A stretch of DNA of 64,000 bases from Octopus vulgaris (GCA_951406725.2 OX597834.1:24676001-24740000); one strand, 5' to 3'; counted from the stretch's first letter, positions 11,816 to 27,097 are shown. Numbers and translations: made by a program. The notes: generated from the letters alone by a model not told the origin.

Positions 11816-11922
11816 ATATGCTTTATTTAAAGCAGCAGAAAATTCAACAAAACCTGTTACTCTGAGTGAAACTCAGAGTAACAGGTTTTGCTGAATTTTC
11901 TGCTGCTTTAAATAAAGTATAT
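11816..11922. repeat. Near-perfect hairpin, 52 bp arms, 3 nt loop
   Basis: ..CCTGTTACTCTGAGT-GAA-ACTCAGAGTAACAGG.. Confidence 0.95.
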
Positions 11923-11932
11923 ATATATATGC

Positions 11933-11996
<64 letters not shown>

Positions 11997-12437
11997 ATGT
12001 ATATATATATATGGCTTTATGATTCTTTATATAGTTGTTTAAAGATTTTATGAGTTGGTTTGTTGTCTCTGAGAGTATAGGTTCAAGGTCAGTGAAAATT
12101 CTGTTTGTGGATCTGTATAGTCACATTAATATTTGCTGAGCAAAATCCTCCGTGTTTATTGCCATGGAATATCTCCAATTTGCATCTTTTGCAGCATTAG
12201 TTTATCCAGTTTAATATTTAATTACATGTCGTTTTTCTAATTTAACCAATTTGCTGTTATTATATCGTACACAACAACCAAAGGCTGTCATAATCAGCTT
12301 TGTGTTGACAATGTTCTCGTCGTTTATCAGATCCTTTAGAGCAGGGGTCCCTAACCGTCACGGGCCACACAGAGAGAATAAATTTTCATACTTTATTTCT
12401 ATCGCAGTCTGCTGGGTATTTTTGCATTACGAGATGA

Positions 12438-12622
12438 TTTCTGGCTTTGGGTAGAAGACAATACGGGAAGATAAGTTAATTATCATTTTATCCAACATAT
12501 TCCCCTCTCGGATTTACACACTTATTGTAGCAGTCCTTCACTTTTAAGCCCTATAAAAGAACTCGGAAATTTGGGCCTCGAACCCGGCCTTTCGCGATAC
12601 ACTTAAAACCAGAAACTTTTCG
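12438..12622. mobile_element. Mariner-like MITE, decayed
   Basis: Homologous to 41456-41656 (..GGCCTTTCG.GA.ACACTTAAA.CCAG.AACTTTTC). Confidence 0.6.
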
Positions 12623-13168
12623 CATATATCTTGCACTTTATCATGTTTTGTTTCGTACGCGATTTCCCAGTTCGTGTAAACATTGTTGTTCTAATCCTCC
12701 GTTGGACTGTTATCACGCCTACTCCAGTATAGCAGTATGGTTAGTTAGATAAGTAAAGACACGACTATTTCTCTATGATCGGCTACTCGACCGACGCTCC
12801 CGACTTCCTATGTCACAGAATTTGTACTGACTAGCACATACCACTCGTCACGTGAGAGGGGTGTTTCATTATTAGAATTATCCCCATAACATCTGCCCTT
12901 TTAAGTTTTTCTTTTTTTCTTAGGGAGTGTAATTTTATTTCTTCTATTAGTAATAATTTTTACATCACCCTACCTCCATTTTTTAGTTTTATTTGTTTAT
13001 ACAGTTACACATTTAATTATTTTTTTCGTTTGGCTTCCACTTTCAGGAATTCCGTACATTTTCTTTTTCTTTCAATTGTGCGTCTGGGTTCAATTATTTG
13101 TAGTGGTGTTGGTACTTGAAAAGTATCATATAACCATTCCATTGGCTCTTCCATTCTCTTGCGCTCAC

Positions 13169-13169
<1 letters not shown>

Positions 13170-13199
<30 letters not shown>

Positions 13200-13266
13200 C
13201 TTCTTCTTCTTCTTCTTCTTCTTCTTCTTCTTCTTCTTCTTCTTCTTCTTCTTCTTCTTCTTCTTC
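13170..13266. repeat. (TTC)n microsatellite
   Basis: Direct inspection. Confidence 0.95.
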
Positions 13267-13267
13267 A

Positions 13268-13467
13268 GGCGGCGAGCTGGCAGAATCGTTAGCACGCTGG
13301 GCGAAATACCTAGCGGTATTTCGTCCGTCGTCGCGTTCTGAGTTCGAATTCCGCCGCGGTCGACTTTGCCTTTTAGTTTTTCGGGGTCGATAAAATATGT
13401 ACCATGGAGTCAATGTAATCGACTCATCCCCCCTCCACGAAGCTGCCCTTGAGGCAAAAATTTGAAA
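13268..13467 (+). mobile_element. SINE family A copy
   Basis: Family A head and central domain, followed by (TAA)n. Confidence 0.85.
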
Positions 13468-13487
13468 TAATAATAATAATGATGATG

Positions 13488-13600
<113 letters not shown>

Positions 13601-14173
13601 GTCTTTTTTCTCGAAATACATCTCGAAAAGTTACTGCTTCCAAGAGGATGTCCGCCACATTAACCTGAATCCAATTGTAATGAGGGAGGTGGGGGTTAAA
13701 CATACCGTGTCTCTGTAGTGTAAACATGAAAGACAATCAAAATACAATATATAACAGATCAACAGGATCGGTGTATGTCTCAGAACCATTAAGAAAAACG
13801 CTTTGGTGAAAATGGAGAAACGGGGCGACGATGTTTTGAAATTTTGCCTTTTTTCTTTCAAAATGTTCACGTCATAATTGGGATGGGTCTTTGAGGTTGT
13901 AGCGTCCTCGACGCCAGGAAATACGGTACATATGTCATGCCCATCGTTGGTGAGAACGAGGGGGTCAACCTTGTACTCTAAGGCTCATGCCATTAAAAAC
14001 AGGATTCTGCATCCAGTGGGTTCTGTGACAGTTGATACTCTAATATTTTTACGTACCTTACCGGGTGGCCCAGTTTGGCTAGCTACACCACTGATCATAC
14101 ACTAACTGACTTCAATACAATCCCAAGATCAACCGGGTGTATTTTCCACAGAAGATATAGCTGTATACTTTCC

Positions 14174-14235
<62 letters not shown>

Positions 14236-14264
14236 ATCTATGATATGTATGTATCTATGTATAT

Positions 14265-14339
<75 letters not shown>

Positions 14340-14483
14340 ATATATGTATATATATATATACATATATGTATGTATATGTATATATATATGTATATATATA
14401 TATACATATATGTATGTATGTATATATATATATGTATATATATATATATGTATGTATACATGTATATATATATATATGTATGT

Positions 14484-14533
<50 letters not shown>

Positions 14534-14727
14534 CAAATAAGAAAATGGAGAAACAAATTTAGTTTGTTCATCAACTTTCGGTTATTATAATGTTGGATTA
14601 TTTATTCATTTAACAAAATGAGAACCTCAATAGCATACATATATATCTTATAATTCAATACATATAAGATATATTGGATAAATACTATCCCATAGTGGGT
14701 TACACCCATAACCTCTATCCTAATTTG

Positions 14728-14779
<52 letters not shown>

Positions 14780-15049
14780 GTATATGTGCGCAGTCATGGG
14801 TGGGTGTCTTTTTTTTTTAGTTATTTTTTACTCTTATTTCTAGCAATACTGGTTGCAGTCACTTTAGAGATGTATATATTTTTTGCCTTTCGGTTGAAAA
14901 ATTGCCAACAAACCACCCTTATTATTCATAATTTACACCGTTACCATTTACGAAATCAGCGTTTGACTTCTACGGTGATCTTATAGGCTAACAAGGCAAG
15001 TTGAGTTTAACCCAAGACGCCGGTAAGAGCCACTGTCGAGCTTTAATGT

Positions 15050-15238
15050 AAATGCGAAATCACTGGAGATCTGGCTATGTCCGGTACTTAGGGAGCTTAC
15101 CTCCCTGTGGCTATGAGTGGCTCTTTCCTCCTGCATCTTGTAACTCACCTGCGACGGACCGGCGTCCCGTCCAGGTGGGGAACCTATACGCCAAGGAAAC
15201 CGGAAAACCGGCCCTATGCTCCACAAGGGGCAAAAAGG

Positions 15239-15240
<2 letters not shown>
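15050..15240 (+). mobile_element. SINE-like fragment with a V-domain-like segment
   Basis: CCTGCGACGGACCGGCGTCCCGTCCAGG..GAAACCGG resembles conserved SINE central domains. Confidence 0.45.
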
Positions 15241-15295
<55 letters not shown>

Positions 15296-15300
15296 TATTA

Positions 15301-15537
15301 TACCTATTTCTTTACTACCCACAAGGGGCTAAACTCAGAGGGGACAAACAAGGACAGACAACGGGATTAAGTCGATTATATCGACCCCAGGGCGTAACTG
15401 GTACTCATTTAATCGACCCCGAAAGGATGAAAGGCAAAGTCGACCTCGGCGGAATTTGAACTCAGGACGTAGCGGCAGACGAAATACCGCTGAGCATTTC
15501 GCCCGGCGTGCTAACGTTTCTGCCAGGTCGCCGCCTT
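15301..15537 (-). mobile_element. SINE family A, full length, with TSD
   Basis: TSD TTATTATACCT at 15295-15305 and 15537-15547. Confidence 0.92.
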
Positions 15538-16278
15538 TATTATACCTTTACAAGAAAAGTGCTGACAGTGACTTCGAAGTATCAGCTTATCGGTCATCAC
15601 CAGCTGTCATTATTCTGCTTGTCACGACTCATGACCATGTGCTCTGCTTTCAGCAAACTTAACTATACATATGAATCGAAATATTTAGCATAACATTAAT
15701 AATTTAGTGAGTCGTTCCGCTGTAGACAGCGTTTACTACGGAATGAAACTGTAGACGTGAGAGAAATCTCAAATATAATGTCTTAGAAATTCTCATCAAT
15801 AAATTTATGCGTTAAGACATTAATTATGCATTGAATTTCCATAAGAGTGCTAGTTATGTATTTTTAAGAACAAAAACGATATTAAAAAACATTTTTACAG
15901 ATTTTTTTACGTGTTTTTAAAAAATCTAAATATACAAACACAATGTTATTAATATGATTTATCGGTGATACTTGAGATAAAGTTGTATTGATCTGTTGTT
16001 GCATTAAAGAAATTGTAGAAATTATTATTTGAATGTCTGTCACACATTCTAGACTACGGGAGACAGAAATGTAAGTATATCTCCTACAAGAATGCCATGT
16101 GATTTGCTTTGACTTCAACAGTCTTCTAGGTCTGAAGTGTGCCGTCCTCATCTAGTGTTTCGATCGACGAAGCACAAAGAATGATTTACCAGCTTATCAG
16201 GCGACTGATATTTACCCAACCTCAAAGGCAGCGAGAGCTGGCAGAGTTATTAACACGCCGGGTAAAATGCTTAGCAGC

Positions 16279-16565
16279 AATTCAATTCAATTCAATTCAA
16301 TTTTTATTGGCTCAAAAAGCAAAAGCAAGGCCATGTAGGGGGACATAGGGTTATGTACAGGGAGGGTGGTCATACAAAGAGTTCAGGCCATTTCTGGTCA
16401 AGAGAGACTTTGAACCGAGCGGTCGTCGGCATCTTCACTATCTTCGTCCGGCAGCTTATTCCACGGATCCGCAACCTGGACGGAGAAAGCCCCTCTCCTT
16501 CGATTGAGATGAAATCGTCGTAGATAGAGCTTTTCGGAGTGACCCTGCAGCCCACGCTCTGGAGC
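16279..16565 (-). pseudogene. CR1-like LINE 3' end nested in a SINE A copy (16225-16735)
   Basis: LQGHSEKLYLRRFHLNRRRGAFSVQVADPWNKLPDE..RFKVSLDQKW; (TTGAA)n tail at 16279-16300. Confidence 0.8.
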
Positions 16566-17139
16566 GTTCTGAGTTCAAATTCAAATTACGTTCTGAGTTC
16601 AAATTCCAGCAAGGTTGAATTTGCCTTTCATCCTTACAGGGTCAATAAAATAAGTATTAGTTCAACACTATGGTCGATGTAATCGACTTACACTCTTGCA
16701 CCAAAATGCTGGCCTGTACCAAAATTTTAAATCAATATCTACACAAACTATCTATTGTTCACTGCACTGTAGTTTTAGCTCGATGACGTTTTCAGTTATT
16801 GACCACACCCTACTAATGATATGTTGTTTTACAGTTTCTATGTATCCCAGTCACTGCAATGTTGAAAATTTATGGTTGTTTGTGTGATTCCCGCTCCCTA
16901 TGATGTTTTAACTTTATGTGGAAAACACAAGTCATCGACTTGGATAACCATTCCAGATCCACAAAGTTTTAATGAATTAACCGTAAAATAATTCTCATCT
17001 ATTTCACAAAAAAATTATTCTAAATATCTTCTGATGTCATATGTGAAGTTTTCAGAAAATTAAACAGATTCGGTGCCATTTATTTTTGCACTTCAAAACT
17101 AAACGTTAATAAAATTTTAGTTTTATTTTTTAAAATTTT

Positions 17140-17621
<482 letters not shown>

Positions 17622-19777
17622 CGGGGCCTATGACATTAAATGGTAACGAATTTTTGGCGAGCAATAAGAGTCTTTACAAATTATTTCGCTCTTTATATTG
17701 AACACAGTTCTTCGCTCGGTATTTTCACATAGTTATTTTTTAATTATACAAAACTTTCATCCAGTTCATATACACAATAAAAGTACTTAAGTTCTTCAAG
17801 TAGAAGACTACACTGATTCATAAGGTTAATTAGCAGAAACGGCTCTTCAGCTAAAATGTTGCAATAGTGTTTATATAAAGTGTGTGGTCCACTATAATGG
17901 TTGTTATAATACAACACCTCGTTCTTACTGTTGAGTACTGTCTGTCTCATTCAAGTATAAAATTAAATGGGATTGAGTGAAAAAAAGAAAAGAAAAAGAA
18001 ACAAAGATTTTACACGCAAAGAGTTTAAAAGAACCGGCACCAAATGAAACCGAGTGACCAAATGATCTCAACAATGCAATCTTTATGGTTAGTTATGAAC
18101 ATGGGTAAGATAATGATAAATGTACTCAAATCCTTAAAAACTACAAAAGCCTCTTTGATAATGGCCGATTTATTTATTTATAATCTTTATTAAAGAAAAC
18201 TGCAGAAAATTTAATGACCACAAAGTATATTTGATATTAACATATTTATTACTTTTTACCCTCATCAAAGGATAAGTCGTTCTTTGATATCGGTTACTTC
18301 AAATTCTTGATTAGGTATATTTCCAAAATTAGATAAATACTTCTGCATTCCTACTGAAAACGATAAATAACTCAACGAAAACTACAGAACTACGAACCAT
18401 CTTTATCTTTATAAGCTCCAAGAATTCCAGACAGGTTCAATGCATCCATTTCTCGAAGGCAACGCCGTATGAATTAAAAGGATGTTGTTTCCAACAAAGC
18501 GGGCTACAACTATATATATCATATTCCTTATTTAGTGTGGTGTAGTGTAACGTTGTTGCTTAAACCCTGGTCAAGTCAGCTCCGGTCTGGTCAATCATCC
18601 TTATGATCAAAGGCTTTCCAACCGTAAACCACTGGTCGTTTTAGGGGCATCAAGAATTACATCATATAATCACATTCAGATGGAGGGCAGTGTGACAATC
18701 TAGACATGTTGTACTATTTCTACTGTCCCAGGTCTGTTCTTGTACAACCCTAAATTCTAGTAATAGCCTCAGTGGAGGCTGAAAAAGAAAGGTGTATTAA
18801 TCAGATCGCAATAGTTGCTGTTCCTCTGCATTTTACCCTGGTGGTGTGCATCCCAGGACTCGGATGTAGTAATGCTGTTTATATTGAGGCTATGTCTGCG
18901 TTTATCTGTCTCTTACGTTTATCCAGGTTGAGCAAGAAACACGGTGTTTTTTTGGTATAGTGTAGTTAAGGTTGGATTAAGCAAATAGTAAAACATGCTT
19001 CGACTCCACAGTTTCATGGGCTGCGTGCTAAATGCTTAAAAGCTACCAATTATAACTCAAAAATCCTGCACTTACTCTATTATCACAGTACCATACTGGC
19101 CTCCACTTTTATGAAAAACTCGGTACTCAAGTAAGATCTGATACTCACACGACTGCCGAAGTCCAATACAGTTTTAATTAAACAGAAATTGATTGGCAAC
19201 GATAAACGGGCAGGCATTCTTCTGTTTTGTCAGATATTAATTAAAAGACTTTTGATTCTCTTTCACTATTTCGATAATTTAAACTCGTTATACATAAATT
19301 GAGCTTAATTATTATTTTACTCATCAATAAAATCGGTTGAACGAATCAGATGATCACTTCTATGTTGTAGACTTCGTTATGCTGTTTTCATTAAATCAAT
19401 TCGAAAATTTTAAACTTTAAAAATATTTTATTGTATAACTTAGACCTTCAGATAAACCTAGAGCATCATTCATTATTAGACCACATGACTAAACTAACAT
19501 TGTGTGTATTTGTCATGCCTTGACTTCCAGCAATTATCTGACATCAATTTAAGGCGGCGGCAAGCTGGCAAAATCGTTAACTGTCGTGTTGAGTCTAAGG
19601 ACGCGTGGGGTGAAAAATGGAGGCATAACGTCGCCATCACTAATGATCACTCCAAACGCCATGACGTTGGATGTTTGATTTTTATCACTCTCGGTACATA
19701 TCTTCAGATTGCACTGTCCTCAGCTGAACATTCAAATACTCTGAAATGTTAGTTTTGGAGCTTCCAGCGCGAATGTC

Positions 19778-20118
19778 AATAGTGTACATTTAAACACAAG
19801 AGAAAACTACCCTTTTTTTACGCTAGAAGAAGCAGCCAAAACGATCAGAAATCACATTTAATAGCAATTTTCGAAGGAAATGAAAAATAAAAACTTTTAC
19901 CTTGTTATTTTTTGCGGTTATACCTGGGTTTCAAATTTCTTTAGCAAATAAGATAATCTGCTTGGCGAATTCTCCTCAGTAACCGGCCTTAACAACTAAC
20001 TACTGAAACTGCGCTTGCGCGCTGAATTTTGAAAAGTTATAACATATAATGATGAGACAAGTGTTATTTGTCTCTGAATTATAAGTTATTTTTCTCTGGT
20101 GTTTAAATGTACACTATT
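19778..20118. mobile_element. MITE with 29 bp terminal inverted repeats
   Basis: AATAGTGTACATTTAAACACAAGAGAAAA at 19778 and its reverse complement (28/29) at 20090-20118. Confidence 0.75.
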
Positions 20119-20249
20119 TTATATTAAGAATATATTGTCTATTGACTATTTATACATGCTAGGCCACTGGTTGTGATATTTCTAAAGAATATTCGCTACC
20201 CTGTATATGTATCTTACGAGTATATATATATTTATATACATACATATAG

Positions 20250-20271
<22 letters not shown>

Positions 20272-20284
<13 letters not shown>

Positions 20285-20479
20285 TTAGAGACAAAACCAC
20301 TATTTTGCAAAACAAACAAGGAAAGACTTAATACATAAAATTTTAATAAAAAGTAAAAAAACCGCCACTACCGTTTTGTCTCTAATTAATATTATATAAT
20401 ATTTTACTATAAAATTGGATTTAATCCTAAATCTGATTTTTTCCCTGTAAATTTGGATTTATTCCCTAATATTTATTAT

Positions 20480-20485
<6 letters not shown>
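20272..20485. mobile_element. Short element in (TA)n with an inverted 5' part
   Basis: Inverted arms 20272-20297 and 20373-20398; (TA)n on both sides. Confidence 0.55.
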
Positions 20486-20538
<53 letters not shown>

Positions 20539-21097
20539 TGTGTGTGTGTGTGTATGATGCTATGTTATATTTGAAACAAAAAAATTAATGAAGTTACTTA
20601 ATATTGAAACCCTTTTTGGACTTCTGGCCCACCACATACATGCTTCATAGTCATGTCAGTTAAATAGGTGTTTATCGAAATTATTTTCACAAGTTTATCA
20701 TCACCATCCATGCTTGTTTCTCGACTTTTAGTCTGCCGTTGTTTCATAAATTCGGAGAAATATTGAGCTTTCCTTTTATAGATTCCAAGTTATTGTGATA
20801 GCTCAAAAGTGAAAATATGTTCAAAAATGGAAATATGTTCTGTGTATCGTGTGTGATACAAAGGAAAAGCAAATATTGAGTTATAGGAAATGTAATTTAA
20901 TTTTTTATTTGCTTTACCTGAAGTGCTATAAAGTATAAAATAATCTATCGCTGCTCAAACACATTCATCCTTAATACACATTGTTTTTCTGAAGGTAATT
21001 TCTGAAGATAATCTCTCTTTAGTAAACTTTGTTTTAGCTATTGCATCCATATACTTTACATAACAGACAAGGGAGATAATTCAATTTTTAGCCAACA

Positions 21098-21398
21098 TTA
21101 CTTGACTTGGCTTGATAGTATTCACCCGGGGTGGGTTGAGCTGGCTTCATTCATCCTCAATGTTGCATCTCACAAACGCCGACCAGGCCTGGCGATTTGA
21201 GGCTAACGACAGCGTGATCTCCAACCACTCCTTGTTCCAGCGGCGAACGCCGTAGATATGGGGGCCTCGGTTGAGTTCCAGATCAGCCTTGCCTGTCATC
21301 AGCCAGGTTTTTCGTTGTCCACCACATCGCTTTCGCCAACCCTGAAGGGGAGCTGGGGCAATAGCTTCGTAGACGAACATTACGCTGTTAACAGACAT
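21098..21398 (-). pseudogene. RTE-clade LINE 3' end fragment
   Basis: GWRKRCGGQRKTW..KADLE..YGVRRWNKEWL..LASNRQAWSAFVR; short CAAGT-type repeat tail. Confidence 0.75.
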
Positions 21399-22490
21399 AG
21401 TTAAACATTATCAAAACGGATCGTAAGGTAGCTGAATCTTTACCAAATCGGACCAAAGTGCTTACCAGTATTTCCTCTGACTAATTACGTTTTGAGCTCA
21501 AATTTCGCCGAGGTCGGCTTTGCCTTGCAACCCTTTTGGCGTCGATAAAGTGAGTAGCTTTGAAATACTGGAGTCAATGAAATCGCCTTTCCCCCTCTCC
21601 TCAGAATTGCTGGCCTGGGACCAAAACTTATAAAGGATTGTTATTAAATAGGGTAATGCTTATCCAGATTACTTTTGTTTATAGGTACGTATTTGTACCA
21701 TAATTGGTAAAAAAAAAAAAAAGGAACATTAGAGAAAAGAAAAGAAAAGTAGGAAATGTTATTTAAAAAATAGCATCAAGAGACAGATGGAAGAAAGTAA
21801 GAATAGAAAAGAAGACGAGTTGATGAATGGCAACATTGACGAAATAAATTGAAAAAGAAATACGCTGTAATGTTGTTGGGGAATTTGAATGAGGTTAATA
21901 GGGGTTTTACACGGGAAAAGGAATTCCAGTAACCCAGTTAAATGGATGCTTAATTGAAGAAGGTGACCTTGTTAGAGAAAGGTGAACGCTAAAGGAAAAC
22001 ATGTCATTGTGTCAGGAATTAAACCGAGATCGCATCCCTCTTCCCCTTTCTTCCCTGACACCATTCTGTCATTCACATCTTTTATACTCTTACAGTTTTG
22101 AGTTCGAGTGTTTGGAGTGACTTTCACAGTGACAGCCGATAAATCTCTCTGTCAATCATGGAATGAAATAGGCTCTGGTTTTCCCAATGGAGGGATCCAT
22201 TTGCTCATGCGTAGTTGTACGTCGAGGAAGATTGGTTGGTAGAGGGTACATAATGGACAGCCTCGGTAAACGTCACTAACGTTGTACAGGATGGAGTGAA
22301 GCTTGCTTTTTAAATGTTACATCATTTGGGCACTTAATCCACATAAATTTATATACAAATGTATATATGTGTGTATGTGTGTATCTAAGGTAAAGGATAA
22401 CTCGTCCGAGAAAGTAATATTCTTCCACTGCTCTAGCGACCAATTCTGTAGGTTCTTACTCCACTCTAAACGATACTAAACACACACACA

Positions 22491-22523
<33 letters not shown>

Positions 22524-22533
22524 ACACACATTT

Positions 22534-22566
<33 letters not shown>

Positions 22567-22699
22567 AACTGTTACTTGTAAAGGTATATTTTACTTACCA
22601 CTTATATAGGATATGTGCGTGTGCATGTATGCACACATACACACACATGTACACACACATACACGCACACTCAACATGTATATTTTTAAAGTAGACGTT

Positions 22700-23225
22700 G
22701 GTCACGGCCAAGCATTTGACCCTGACTGCCTTCTTCCAACTGTTAAACATGGAGGAGGATCTGTGATGATTTGGGGGGCTATATCTTGGAAATCTGCCAG
22801 CCCAATGGTTTCCCTTCATGGCAGAATTTAATAGTCGAGACTATTTAAGTATTTTATCTGATCATCTTCATCCTATGGTTGCGGAACCATTTCCGAAGGG
22901 TAACGTAATCTTTCAAGATGATAATGCACTAATTCACACAGATAAAGCTGTTACTGAATGGCACGAGGAACATTCTAGTGAAGTTGAACATCTTATCTGG
23001 CCACCACAGTCCCCAGATCTCAATATTATTGACCCTTTATGTTGTATTTTAGTAAAACAAATAAGGAGCCGATATCCTTCACCATCATCACTACAAGAAC
23101 TGGAAACTGCTTTAGCTGAAGAATGGACAAAAATTCATTTGGAAACAATTCAAACTTTGTACGAGTCCATACCTCGTAGAATTCAAGGTGTAATTACTGC
23201 GAAAGGTGACCCTAACCCATATTAA
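22700..23225 (+). pseudogene. Tc1-like DDE transposase C-terminal fragment, frameshifted near 22830
   Basis: PTVKHGGGSVMIWGAIS, then FQDDNALIHT..WPPQSPDLNII..SIPRRIQGVITAKG. Confidence 0.92.
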
Positions 23226-23467
23226 AATAAATTTGTTTGAAATTATAAGGTGCTTCCATTATGTTTTATTAATTATTTAAACAGATATATTTATGTTTTA
23301 ATACTTAACTATAGAAATATTTCTTATATCTATTCATACTTATTTATAGACATATATATATATATATTACAATATTTACTTATATAAACATACCAATACG
23401 CGTGTTTGTTTGTGAAGCTACTTGTTTTTGTAAACATATACGTTTCAGTACTTATCTTTATAAACAT

Positions 23468-23519
<52 letters not shown>

Positions 23520-23783
23520 TATTTCCTCTACTAATAAATATACAACTAATATACAGCTTACAAATTCTGTTTGTTTGTGGAGACTTTTTATTAGTAGAGG
23601 AAATAGTGATCAATTTTGGCTGCTATTTCTAATATTTTCGGTATGTGGTTTTGAGCAACTTGTTGCAATTAACCCTTAATTATAATTATTATAACCCTTA
23701 CCAAATATGGTCTTTTCCATACCGATAAATCCACTAGGTGAAATTGATTAATTTTATTAAATTAATTATATTCCACCCTTTAT

Positions 23784-23826
<43 letters not shown>

Positions 23827-24094
23827 CACGTACGTATAAATATAAACAAACATTTGTTTTTTATAAGCGCCGAAATGTGTATATGTAAATACAAATAAGA
23901 CGATAGTTTACTTTCGAACGCAAAGATGCCGTCTGAACAGCAGAAATATTGTGTAAATTACCCTTTCAAAGCGGATAATGATTTTGTCAGCAACCAGTTG
24001 ACAAAGCTTCGTAAGGGGAACTTAGCCAATATTTCCGCTGTTCTTACGGCATCTCTGCTTTCGAAAGTAAATTATCATCTTATTTGTATTACTC

Positions 24095-24387
24095 TCTTTT
24101 ACCCTTTTACTCTTTTACTTGTTTCAGTCATTTGACTGCGGCCATGCTGGAGCACCGCCTTTAATCGAGCAAATCGACCCCAGGACTTATTCTTTTGTAA
24201 GCCCAGTACTTATTCTATCGGTCTCTTTTGCCGAACCGCTAAGGAACGGGGACATAAACACACAAGCATCGGTTGTCAAGCAATGCTAGGGGGACAAACA
24301 CAGACACACAAACACACACACACACATACACACATACACGCATACATATATACGACGGGCTTCTTTCAGTTTCCGCCTACCAAATCC
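24095..24387 (-). mobile_element. SINE family B, 3' part
   Basis: Matches the family B tail. Confidence 0.85.
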
Positions 24388-24529
24388 CCTCATATATTAT
24401 AATATATGTTATAATATTTATTGATATAAAACGTTTTATTAGATATAAAAGCAAATCTATGTTTGAGGATTTATATAAACATGTTTTACTACTTGTTCAT
24501 ACATACATACTTCCGCAGAGACAGTGATT

Positions 24530-25275
24530 TTGACAGGCTCTACCTAAGAAGAAATAAGGTGGTAGAGGCCTGAGATCAGTGCATATGGCCTTCGAATGCT
24601 GTATGGTATCACACATGCAGTACCTGCTAAAAAAGCAGCAGCTAAAATAAATATATAAATGCAGTGCTAAAAAATGAAGTGAGCAACGTTGTACGAGTTG
24701 GCAGTAAGCTCCTGATGATCTTCTATACAGCCCCAAAACAGCTGGGCTCTCTTACCTCAGAGAAGACCTGGATGAAAAGCACTCAACCCACACGCACACA
24801 CACACACAAATGGCTATGCATAGGTACGTTTCCCGGAAGCTTGAAGAAGCGCGGCCTCTCTTCGGCACAAGACCACCACATCACATCACACTTTGAAGGC
24901 TATGCGTTTGTAATCCAGGAACAGGAGATTGCCAGAAAGTACCTGGTGAACAAGAGAGACAGTGACGCTCTTGTAATCCCAAAGTGCATCCGCATATGTA
25001 GCCTTTGTCATGTTTCTCTGGAAAACATCATAGAAACAGCTATCCTAAAATGTAGACACGGTATTACTTACCTATGCGGCACGATGTTGATACTAAAACA
25101 ATTTACAATGCCATCCGCAAAAAAGACTGTCCTGAAATAAACTTAGAAAATCGCTCTGTTATGGAATACATTCATAAACACCAACTCAAGGAATACTGAC
25201 GGAATATTCCCATCAAAGCAAATGTAAACATAACCGGCCGGATATTGTTGTTTGGGACAGAGGGGCAAAGGTATG
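24530..25275 (+). pseudogene. R4/Dong-like non-LTR retrotransposon fragment (RT thumb, zinc knuckle, restriction-like endonuclease start)
   Basis: Across frameshifts: DRLYL..GGRGL, EGYAFVIQEQEI..KYL, CSLC..LE, YYLPMRHDV, CKHNRPDIVVWDR. Confidence 0.8.
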
Positions 25276-25334
25276 AGCTGCAAAGAATTCTCTTTGAAAA
25301 TCAAAGAAAAAGAGGAGTATTATTAGTAGAAAGG

Positions 25335-25390
<56 letters not shown>

Positions 25391-25732
25391 CATTATTATT
25401 ATTATCATTATTGAACTCTATTCATCCTGTCGGAGTCGATAAAATACGTACCAGTTGAACCCTGGGGTCGATGTAATTGACTTACCCCTCCCCCGAAACT
25501 GCTGGCCTTGTGTCAAAATTTGAAACCATTATTATAAGCATCGAGTTAAACGCAAAATCATTTAATCAACGACTTCCTTTCACCATCACCACCACCACCA
25601 CCACCACCACCTCCACCACTACCACCACCACCACCACCACCACCACCACCACCACCACCACCACAATCATAATCATCATCATCATCATCGACGTCGTCGT
25701 CATCGTCGTCATAGTCGTCATCGTCGTCGTTG

Positions 25733-25771
<39 letters not shown>

Positions 25772-26094
25772 ATCCATAGCACCTAACCCAAATAGAATAG
25801 CATCGAAACTTCCCATTTCCGAAATTTTTCAATTCTCCCACACGGTTCTTTTTGGAAACTCAACAACAGACATCAGTGTCATGGAGAAGAGAAGCAATAA
25901 TGACGTAAAGATGGCTGTCAGGAGGTGGTGGAGACGGTGGTGGAGGCGGTGGTGGAAGCGGTGGTGGAAGTGGTGGTGGAGGTGGTGGTGTAGGAGGAAG
26001 GAATGTTGTGGGGGGTGTGGTAAGGTGAGGCCTTGTAATAAGATGGACATAGGTCCCATCTCAAAACTATACTAACCAGACATACACACACACG

Positions 26095-26144
<50 letters not shown>

Positions 26145-26427
26145 CATACACACACACTCATATATATATACACACACATATATGCATGCATATATACACA
26201 TATATACATTCAAACACATAGTCATACACACACATATTCATATAGACATACACACACACACACATATATATATATATACACACATACGCATATGTACACA
26301 TACATACACTCATATAGACACACATACACATACGCACATACACACATATACATACAAACATACATAATACAAACACATGCACATACATAAAACACACACA
26401 TACGCATACATACACATATACATACAC

Positions 26428-26791
26428 GTCCAATGGACGGTGCTGAGTTGTCAAACATTTAAACCAAATTTTTCTCAAAACAACTTGTCCGACCGTCCCA
26501 TAGGCCACCTCTTCGAGAAACACAGATTTAACCTAAATTTGAGACACCAGTAAAAGAAGAAATATAGATAGACTTTCTTTCTATTCCAAAGAAAAACGAT
26601 TTTACAAATGCACATTCCCACGGCTTTATCGATCGCATTCTCACCTGGAATCGATTTTTGTAATTTTTTCAAGACTTATACACGCCCTGATACCGTCGGT
26701 ATCTACATATCAAATTTGAGCGCAATCGGATGGAGGATGCCCGAAATCCTAAAAGACACACACACAGACAGAACGGATTTTATATAATAGA
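26428..26791 (-). mobile_element. Helitron-like non-autonomous element, 5' part
   Basis: Minus strand starts A|TCTATTATATAAAA, then a (TG)n run and CCGATTGCGCTCAAATTTG, like the 5442 element start. Confidence 0.55.
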
Positions 26792-26945
26792 TATATGTGT
26801 GTGTGTGTGTGTGTGTGTATTTATATAAATAATATATATTTGATGTATGCATATAATATATATATAAATAATATATATCTAATATATATATATACACACA
26901 CATACATATATATATACATACATACATACATACATATATACATAC

Positions 26946-26978
<33 letters not shown>

Positions 26979-27097
26979 CATACTATATTATATATATATA
27001 TATACATATATATACATACATAATAATATACACATATATATAATATACTATATAAATATATATATATTTGAATGGAAAAGGACATACAAAGCTATTG

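Noticed and set aside
14075-14590. Long [12 protein letters not shown], poly-I and poly-K ORFs throughout the track
   Set aside because: They are translations of microsatellites, not genes.
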